In this document: positions 58,225 through 64,000 of the stretch, in pieces
How positions within the stretch are numbered: position 1 is the stretch's first letter
How the letters are laid out: each line of letters begins with the position of its first letter
Source: Desulfobacteraceae bacterium
GTDB lineage: Bacteria > Desulfobacterota > Desulfobacteria > Desulfobacterales > Desulfosarcinaceae
DNA length: 64,000 nucleotides
Reading direction: 5' to 3'
Assembly: GCA_050291605.1 (NCBI GenBank)
Contig: JBNKKB010000165.1
Location: 121-64,120, forward strand
Notes under the pieces: model-generated
The model's input: only the letters and a program-made list of their open reading frames with translations
What the model was told of the DNA's origin: nothing
Database searches by the model: none
Position numbers and translations under genes: made by a program

Positions 58225-61011
58225 CTATTGTTGAATGGGCGTTGGCAGCAACTCTGATGCAAAAACGATGAGGCGGATGCCGAAATCGTCGAAAAATACA
58301 TTTTCCGCACCATCGCCCAAGCTGTGTAATCCCACTTCGGGTTGTTGATAGATACCCGGGTAATCCGGTGTTTGTAGATCATCATGATGGCTTTGGATGG
58401 TGGCATGCTCGATAAGGCCTTGGTCCGCTGATGTAAAAGCGTGAAAGCTGAGACCGCTGGCAGTGGGATTGAGCGCATCCCACTCGATCAGCTGAAAATA
58501 ATCTTCGCCGGACGTCCAATTCCCATCCCCATCCGTCCAATTGCCGGCAGCATCTAATTCAGGCGGCCATTGCAGCTCTGTTAACACAGGATCAATACCG
58601 ATGCGGCCATAGGGTTCGGTATGATAGTCCAATGGGTTGTTGTTGCCCGAGCCGCTGCCGCCGCCATGGGTTCTGGCCAGATAGACCTGAAGGATGTTGG
58701 CTTTACGATCATTGACCGGGTCAAAGGTCGTCACTTCAGCGCGTCCAGTGCTTCCCATGACAAAAAGCTGTTCGCCGGCTTCAAAAGCGGGGCCGGAGGA
58801 GATGACTGTCGTCCGGTTGAGTAAAAGCGTACCGCTGGCAGGCGGTGTGCCGCCCCATGAGCCGGAACGGATCATGGGTGTTGTCAACACGCTGCCCATG
58901 GTTCCCCTGGCGCCATAGATGCGCTCACCTTGACGGATTTGAGCCGTGCCATTGGAAAAGGGGACCACCATGGCCTCTTTGATCCTGAGCGCCATCGTCG
59001 CTTCTTGAACATCTTGGGGTGTCCACTGGGCGCTCAGCCGGATGTCATCGATATACCAACCCTCATAGGCGTTGTTGAGCGCATCGACTGTATCAAAACG
59101 AAATTGGATGCGAATGGTTTGACCTTCATAGGCGCTGAGGTCAATTTGCGCTTGATACCAGCCATCAGGTCCGGGTGGCGTGATGATGGTGGGTGCAGGG
59201 GTGCTGTTGATGGTGTAAGTGGCGCTCGGAGAACCGACGATAATAATCTGTTTCAGATCGTGGGTATCCAGCCTGCCCGGCTCGGTTTCGTGCCAGCTCC
59301 AGAAGGTGAGGGTGATGTCGGGCGATCCGGCGGGCAGCGTCACAAGATTGGATTCGAGGATGCCCCAGTTGCGCACCGAAGGGCCGCTAAACGGGGGATC
59401 TTGCCAATCGTAGGTGTGGGATGAACCGATACCGTAGTACCAATTCCGGGTAGAGTCGTTGCGCTGCCGGCTTGGATTGCCGATGGCCACAGGTTCAAGA
59501 TCCCACAAGTTGTGACTGCCGCCCCCTTCGGATAATGCATTATTGGCGGGATCTTCATTGTTCTCATCAATGAGATCATCAGCCAGCCGTTTATAGGCTA
59601 GCCATGTGCGTTGACTGCCATTGCCGGTTTGGCGCCAAAGCACCACAGTGCGCTGCTCTTGCTGTGGGACAAGGTCATCGGGAATATTGTCAACTACAAT
59701 GTTGTTGCCCCGTAAAAATGAGATACCATAACCGTTATTGCTGAACAGATCGGCAGTGCCTCCCAAACGAAATGAAAGCCCTGCGCCAACATATGCGGGA
59801 ATCGGCACAACAGGATAATAGCCTTGGGTTGGGGACGCGTCTATTTCATAACCCACTTTAACCTGGGTATCGTAGCTCAAATAACCGCGGGTCCCGCGTT
59901 GGGCCGCACCAAAGTTAATGCGCTGCGCTGCTGCGGTGACAGGCGAAAAGGTCGTCAAAGCGCCTTTTTGATCGACGCCGGTCGTTGCAGCTGAATCCAC
60001 ACTGAGGGCATTGTCCCCACCCACATCCTGTGACGCTGTAAAAGTTCCGGAAGTATCTGCCCAGTTGGTGGTGGCGTCGAATCGGTCGCTGTATGTTTCC
60101 TCTCTGGCGCTGGACTCCGATGGCGGAAGGGGCGTGTAATAAACTACCTGACGACGGGTCTGCATGCCGCCTGATCCAACGATACCCGTGGCATGCAAAC
60201 GCACATATCGGGTGAGTACCATTTGCGGATCCGCAATGATGTCGAAATTGACCATACCCGGGTAGTTCGGGGCTCGCACATCCACCAGTTCATTGGTATT
60301 TCGACGATTATAAGTATAGGTCATGGTACGGCCGTTAAGCTGGATATTTCCATTGCGCAAGGGAAACATTCGTGCATCACCGGGTTCGTAGGCTATATTT
60401 CCGCCTTCGGAAATGGTAGTATTGCGCCCCAGGTCCACATCGGCCACTGGGTAAACCGGTGTACCGGCCGGGTAGGGGGACAAGGCCCGATCGAGGTTGA
60501 ATGAAACACGATCTGTATCCAAAGCAGTCGATCCGTGTGATAAACCATATGTTTCCTGACCGATACGCAGTTTTAAATTCGGGGCCAGCTCCACTTCATC
60601 ATCCGGATCGTTCGGCAGGGCGCCGGCGCCGGGATAGTTGCCCGGCGCATGTCCGATGAACTGCGTTTCACCATTGACGCTCTGGCTGAGTTCATAAAAA
60701 TAGGAAAACACCTGAAGATCAACACTGCCCCCATTGGCATCCAGGGCATAATTCCCATCCAACGCTTCCAGAGCTTGATTTTGTTGCTGCTCAAATGCAC
60801 CTGCATGCAGAAAACGGCTGGCGGCCAAGCGGTAACCGGATTCAGCCAGTAGGTAGGCTTTGTCGGTCAGGTTGGTGACGGCGCCCTGTTGGCTTGAAGT
60901 ACTTACCATGGGCACAATGGCGGCGGCAAGAATCGAAAAGATCAAAATAGCGGCCACAATGGCGATCAAGGCCGCCCCATCGGCCCGACCTATAAATAAA
61001 AAACGTTTCAT
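58225..61011 (-). CDS. Large pilus-associated protein: PilX_N-like N-terminal anchor plus lectin/jelly-roll-like domains (PilY1/MshQ-position tip-protein candidate)
   Basis: 928 aa. N-terminus GAALIAIVAAILIFSILAAAIV resembles PilX_N and lacks G-F-T-L-E. Internal motif ITLTFWSWHETEP...GQTIRIQFRFDTVDALNNAYEGWYIDDIRL resembles a MAM/M6-C-like jelly roll. The C-terminal VFFDDFGIRL is LamG-like. Overlaps the upstream minor-pilin gene by 4 bp. Confidence 0.7.
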   Translation of the reverse strand: MKRFLFIGRADGAALIAIVAAILIFSILAAAIVPMVSTSSQQGAVTNLTDKAYLLAESGYRLAASRFLHAGAFEQQQNQALEALDGNYALDANGGSVDLQVFSYFYELSQSVNGETQFIGHAPGNYPGAGALPNDPDDEVELAPNLKLRIGQETYGLSHGSTALDTDRVSFNLDRALSPYPAGTPVYPVADVDLGRNTTISEGGNIAYEPGDARMFPLRNGNIQLNGRTMTYTYNRRNTNELVDVRAPNYPGMVNFDIIADPQMVLTRYVRLHATGIVGSGGMQTRRQVVYYTPLPPSESSAREETYSDRFDATTNWADTSGTFTASQDVGGDNALSVDSAATTGVDQKGALTTFSPVTAAAQRINFGAAQRGTRGYLSYDTQVKVGYEIDASPTQGYYPVVPIPAYVGAGLSFRLGGTADLFSNNGYGISFLRGNNIVVDNIPDDLVPQQEQRTVVLWRQTGNGSQRTWLAYKRLADDLIDENNEDPANNALSEGGGSHNLWDLEPVAIGNPSRQRNDSTRNWYYGIGSSHTYDWQDPPFSGPSVRNWGILESNLVTLPAGSPDITLTFWSWHETEPGRLDTHDLKQIIIVGSPSATYTINSTPAPTIITPPGPDGWYQAQIDLSAYEGQTIRIQFRFDTVDALNNAYEGWYIDDIRLSAQWTPQDVQEATMALRIKEAMVVPFSNGTAQIRQGERIYGARGTMGSVLTTPMIRSGSWGGTPPASGTLLLNRTTVISSGPAFEAGEQLFVMGSTGRAEVTTFDPVNDRKANILQVYLARTHGGGSGSGNNNPLDYHTEPYGRIGIDPVLTELQWPPELDAAGNWTDGDGNWTSGEDYFQLIEWDALNPTASGLSFHAFTSADQGLIEHATIQSHHDDLQTPDYPGIYQQPEVGLHSLGDGAENVFFDDFGIRLIVFASELLPTPIQQ

Positions 61012-61736
61012 GGGGTAATTCCCATCGTGACAGCGTCTATGAAACAGCTGTAATCTTGTCTGGAAACAGGGTCCAAAGTGGGGGCCGCACCGCCATAATT
61101 GTTGTTGTTGCGTAAATGAAGGCGCGTCTGGAAACTTTGGCTTTGCCCGGGGGCGTCCGGCCGTGCCAGCGACAGGTTCAAGTCAATGCTCGAGAGCAGT
61201 TGGATATCTGCTCCCAGAGACCAGGTGGCCGACCCTTGATAAAAATTCATGGATAGGGAGTCGGCACCATCGACCAGGACATCGCCTTGATCAATGGTGC
61301 CGGCATCCAAACTGGTAATCGTCGGATTTAGATCCGTGTAAATGCGGACCATCCCATCTGCCTGGTGGTAGTGAATACCAAAGCGTTCCCGGGGGGGGAT
61401 ATGGCCTTGCACCAGACGCTCAAAGATAATATAGGGATCATCCCCGGTACCGTCTATCGCGATGATATCTGTTAGCTCGCTCAATTCCCGACGCATGCGG
61501 GTCATGGCCAATTGCGCCTTTTGGGCGATGTCAACGTTAGTGCGGCTGAATTCATGGCTTTGTAAAGCCTTTACCAAGCCCATGCCGAAAATTGCGCTTA
61601 ACATGCCCAACAGTATCAGTGACACAACCACCTCCAATAGGGTAAATCCCAATTGATTGCTCAGCTCATGGCGCTTGCACCTGTGGCGCTGATACAAATT
61701 GTGGCAAGGGGTGAGGAATGGATGCCGCATCTTCAT
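61008..61736 (-). CDS. Prepilin-type N-terminal cleavage/methylation domain protein (PilW-like minor pilin)
   Basis: 242 aa. Motif NQLG|FTLLEVVVSLILLGMLSAIFG. Unusually long basic leader if the ATG at 61736 is used. Confidence 0.8.
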   Translation of the reverse strand: MKMRHPFLTPCHNLYQRHRCKRHELSNQLGFTLLEVVVSLILLGMLSAIFGMGLVKALQSHEFSRTNVDIAQKAQLAMTRMRRELSELTDIIAIDGTGDDPYIIFERLVQGHIPPRERFGIHYHQADGMVRIYTDLNPTITSLDAGTIDQGDVLVDGADSLSMNFYQGSATWSLGADIQLLSSIDLNLSLARPDAPGQSQSFQTRLHLRNNNNYGGAAPTLDPVSRQDYSCFIDAVTMGITP

Positions 61737-62189
61737 CTATCTCGAAAAAAGAGTGGTCAAGGTCTGGTTCCTCAATGAGAGCGTGACCTTCAATAGGGTA
61801 TCCGACGGGTGGCTGCACGCATCAGCGGTTTTGCTCTCTGTCCACTGTCCCGGATTGACCTGTACAAAATCGAGGCAATAGTTCTCGCTGACTTGAATCT
61901 CGTTGCCTGTCCAATAGTTGCCGCCACTGATATTATTTTGCAACGTTATCAGCGGTTGGGGTGCTGTTAAAAGCAAGTTGCGGTAATCCGATGTGATTTG
62001 ATCCATGGCGCTGTTAAGCGTCAACTCCCGGTTCAGATTTTGAAGGGCTTGATAGCTCCTGCTGGTATGGCTGCTAAAATATTGAACCAGCATCACCGCC
62101 AGGATAGCGGACACGGCAATTGAGACAATAATCTCAATCAGCGTGAAGCCCCAGCAGGCTTTGCCGATGCGGTTCGGATGGTATTTCAA
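61737..62189 (-). CDS. Prepilin-type minor pilin (PilV-like)
   Basis: 150 aa. Motif WG|FTLIEIIVSIAVSAILAVMLV. Confidence 0.8.
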   Translation of the reverse strand: MKYHPNRIGKACWGFTLIEIIVSIAVSAILAVMLVQYFSSHTSRSYQALQNLNRELTLNSAMDQITSDYRNLLLTAPQPLITLQNNISGGNYWTGNEIQVSENYCLDFVQVNPGQWTESKTADACSHPSDTLLKVTLSLRNQTLTTLFSR

Positions 62190-62674
62190 GGGATAAAGCC
62201 CGTGTTTTCGGTGATGGTGATCGTGTCGCCCGGCGTACCTTCGCGGTTGAGAGTAAGGCTGAGCTGACCTCCGCTAAAGCTGCGACCTGAAGCGGTAGGT
62301 CTTCCCCAGCTATCAAAGACAAGGCTAAAATTCGATCCGCTAATATCGAGGCCGAAGGTGTCAAGACGGACGCTGTCATCGGTCTGACCGGGCCAAGCAA
62401 TTTTTAGATCGCTCTGGGAATCTCTAAAAAGCCAGTATTCGCTTTGATCGCCAGAAGATTGGTAGCGAAGCCCCCATTGGGTATCGGAATTCATCGCCCT
62501 TGCCTGGGCATAGCGGATGTTCGTTTTCAAAATATGAGTTTGGGTGATCAGATCTGTGTCGGTATGACGATAATAACCGATATAGGCGATAAACAATATG
62601 CCGATCAGGACAAACACGGTGATCACTTCAAGCAGGCTAAAACCTTTTGAATCGGCTAATGGGCGTAAATTCAT
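62186..62674 (-). CDS. Prepilin-type minor pilin (GspH/FimT-like)
   Basis: 162 aa. Motif SKG|FSLLEVITVFVLIGILF. Confidence 0.8.
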   Translation of the reverse strand: MNLRPLADSKGFSLLEVITVFVLIGILFIAYIGYYRHTDTDLITQTHILKTNIRYAQARAMNSDTQWGLRYQSSGDQSEYWLFRDSQSDLKIAWPGQTDDSVRLDTFGLDISGSNFSLVFDSWGRPTASGRSFSGGQLSLTLNREGTPGDTITITENTGFIP

Positions 62675-62860
62675 GGGATGAGCCCTGTTCTAAAACGGCG
62701 TATCATACGATAGCGGAGTAAATGGTGGCCGGGTTCATGCATGCCGTAAATACTCGATCTGTTATCTCAAAGGTCCTGTTGGTCAGGCCAATGCCAATTC
62801 AATTACCTAAATCTGTATCATAGGAGCAGCCCCCAATTATGCTCCGGCAGCAACCCATGT

Positions 62861-63274
62861 TTAAACTCCGGGACGGTTGAACGTTTTGTTAATATCAGTT
62901 GCGCCGGCCAAAGGGCCTGGATCCACCGCGGAAATCGTAAAATCCAGAATAGCATCTAGCGCACCTGAATTAAAAGTCACTGTAAATTCAGTGCTCATCG
63001 TATCCGTTCCTAAATTCGCAGCTGTGTATTCTATGGCATTGGGTGCAAAACCTGAAAGAACTTGTTCGGCAAAATAGCTGTTGATTCGCCCAATAACTTC
63101 GGCGGTTGCTGCATCCATGGCTTTTGCTCTGGCCTGGGTTTGCAGGTCGAAATATTTGGGAACCGCAACCACGCTCAATATGCTCAAAATGACAATTACA
63201 GCAATAATCTCGAGCAGGGTAAAACCCGATTGGTTCTTGACGGTTTTTTTGATGTTGCGCTTTTCTTTCTCCAT
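62861..63274 (-). CDS. Type IV pilin / pseudopilin (probable major subunit)
   Basis: 137 aa. Motif QSG|FTLLEIIAVIVILSILSVVAVPKYFD. First gene after a sigma-54 promoter, and separated by 186 nt from the minor-pilin genes. Confidence 0.85.
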   Translation of the reverse strand: MEKEKRNIKKTVKNQSGFTLLEIIAVIVILSILSVVAVPKYFDLQTQARAKAMDAATAEVIGRINSYFAEQVLSGFAPNAIEYTAANLGTDTMSTEFTVTFNSGALDAILDFTISAVDPGPLAGATDINKTFNRPGV

Positions 63275-63333
63275 TTATTCGGTGCTCCTTGTTATCATTT
63301 TCGTGATGCTGACGGTGACTTGCATGGAAATGC

Positions 63334-63349
63334 TGCATTTTACGTACCA
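63334..63349 (-). promoter_or_regulatory. Sigma-54 (-24/-12) promoter for the pilin operon
   Basis: The minus strand reads TGGTACGTAAAATGCA, against the consensus TGGCAC-N5-TTGCA. The GG and GC elements have canonical spacing. The -12 element lies about 61 nt upstream of the pilin ATG. Confidence 0.7.
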
Positions 63350-63468
63350 CAATTTAAGTTGCCATCAAATAAATTGATTTTTTCTATATAAATATAAGAA
63401 AGTACAAATATAAAAAAAACAGTGGATCAATCTTGTAAATATGATTTAGAGGTTAAATATGAAAGATA

Positions 63469-63483
63469 CTACAAAATTTGTAG
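63469..63483. promoter_or_regulatory. Perfect 7-1-7 palindrome CTACAAAATTTGTAG (candidate enhancer/UAS for the sigma-54 activator)
   Basis: Perfect inverted repeat about 120-135 bp upstream of the -24 element, in AT-rich DNA between the EBP gene and the pilin promoter. Confidence 0.4.
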
Positions 63484-63540
63484 GTAAATTACAATAAAAT
63501 GTCGATTGTTTCGAGCAATTTCTACTATTGCAGGGTCAAA

Positions 63541-64000
63541 TCAATGGGGTTTGTAAACTGACGCGCTAATGCCATATTTTTTTAATCGGTGCCAGAGACT
63601 GCGCTCTTTTATGCCCAGAAGACGTGCGGCCTCTTTTTGGATGCCCCGGCACTGATGAAGGGCATGTAAAATCATACGTTTTTCTAAATCCTGCAGGTTT
63701 TGGTCCAGGTTTTGGTCCGTAAGAGCGCTGCTAACCCTGTCTATAGAAGGCGAAGCGGGCCAAGTCTGGGTCATAAAGGCGGGCAGGTGGACTGCCTCGA
63801 TGACCGTATCAGCCATTAGGGCTGAGGATTTTACGGCATTTTGCAGCTCTCGGACATTGCCCGGCCATTCATAGGCCATTAGCAGTTGAATGGCATTGGA
63901 CGACAGGCTTTTCGACGGGGCATTGGCCTGTAAAAAATGGTCGGCAAGCAGCGGGATATCCTCTTTTCGATCCCGTAGGCGGGGCAGGTGGATGGCAAAG
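63541..64000 (-). CDS. Sigma-54-dependent Fis-family transcriptional activator (PilR-like), C-terminal part; 5' end outside the window
   Basis: The frame is open to the window edge. It reads ..IHLPRLRDRKEDIPLLADHFL...YEWPGNVRELQNAV... and ends in the Fis-type HTH QKEAARLLGIKERSLWHRLKKYGI. Confidence 0.88.
   Translation of the reverse strand, partial: FAIHLPRLRDRKEDIPLLADHFLQANAPSKSLSSNAIQLLMAYEWPGNVRELQNAVKSSALMADTVIEAVHLPAFMTQTWPASPSIDRVSSALTDQNLDQNLQDLEKRMILHALHQCRGIQKEAARLLGIKERSLWHRLKKYGISASVYKPH

Noticed and set aside
58023-58478. 151-aa minus-strand ORF overlapping the end of the 928-aa gene and the 102-aa ORF.
   Set aside because: It is out of frame with two better-supported ORFs, and its translation is Cys/Pro/Ser-rich with no motifs.

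Overview
64-kb chromosomal segment. The protein content looks like a Desulfobacterota (Desulfobacterales-like) anaerobe, but that is inference only; no database search was possible. I can support about 57 protein genes, one tRNA-Arg(TCT), one TPP riboswitch with its terminator, one sigma-54 promoter and several non-coding repeat or palindrome elements. No CRISPR array, rRNA, transposase, integrase or prophage was seen.

Layout:
- 0.3-11.8 kb: a visibly low-GC glycosylation-type island. It has three paralogous GT-C/TPR (TMTC-like) membrane proteins interleaved with GT-B-like genes, a hexapeptide acyltransferase, a flippase-like membrane protein and a PP2C phosphatase. It ends next to tRNA-Arg.
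- 12-29.6 kb: a plus-strand housekeeping block with rpoH, TPR and LolB-like lipoproteins, Mut7-C, Mrp/ApbC, an ATP-grasp + HD pair, UPF0280, a LapA-like protein, mutS, an AmiC-type amidase, a crotonase and an orphan GAF-GspE ATPase.
- 29.7-39.4 kb: M48-TPR peptidase, queH-yggS-maf-DAHP synthase, a parvulin PPIase, a short YjgA-like protein, hemW, and thiC behind a TPP riboswitch.
- 40-44 kb: a PHA locus with an SDR reductase, a PhaC-like synthase, two phasin-like proteins and a divergent PhaR.
- 44-51 kb: a FliK-like/FlhB-C-like pair, then recB-recD.
- 51-57.7 kb: NMO, pgi and an Mla/Pqi-type lipid ABC transporter.
- 57.9-64 kb: a sigma-54-driven pilin/minor-pilin operon ending in a 928-aa PilX_N-anchored lectin-like giant protein, next to a sigma-54 enhancer-binding protein.

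Best candidates for something undescribed:
- the triple GT-C/TPR glycosylation island
- the pilin operon with its giant tip-protein candidate
- the GTTTAAAG iteron-like inverted repeats bracketing the UPF0280 gene
- the orphan GAF-GspE ATPase

All functional calls come from motif recognition by eye and need HMM or structure confirmation.
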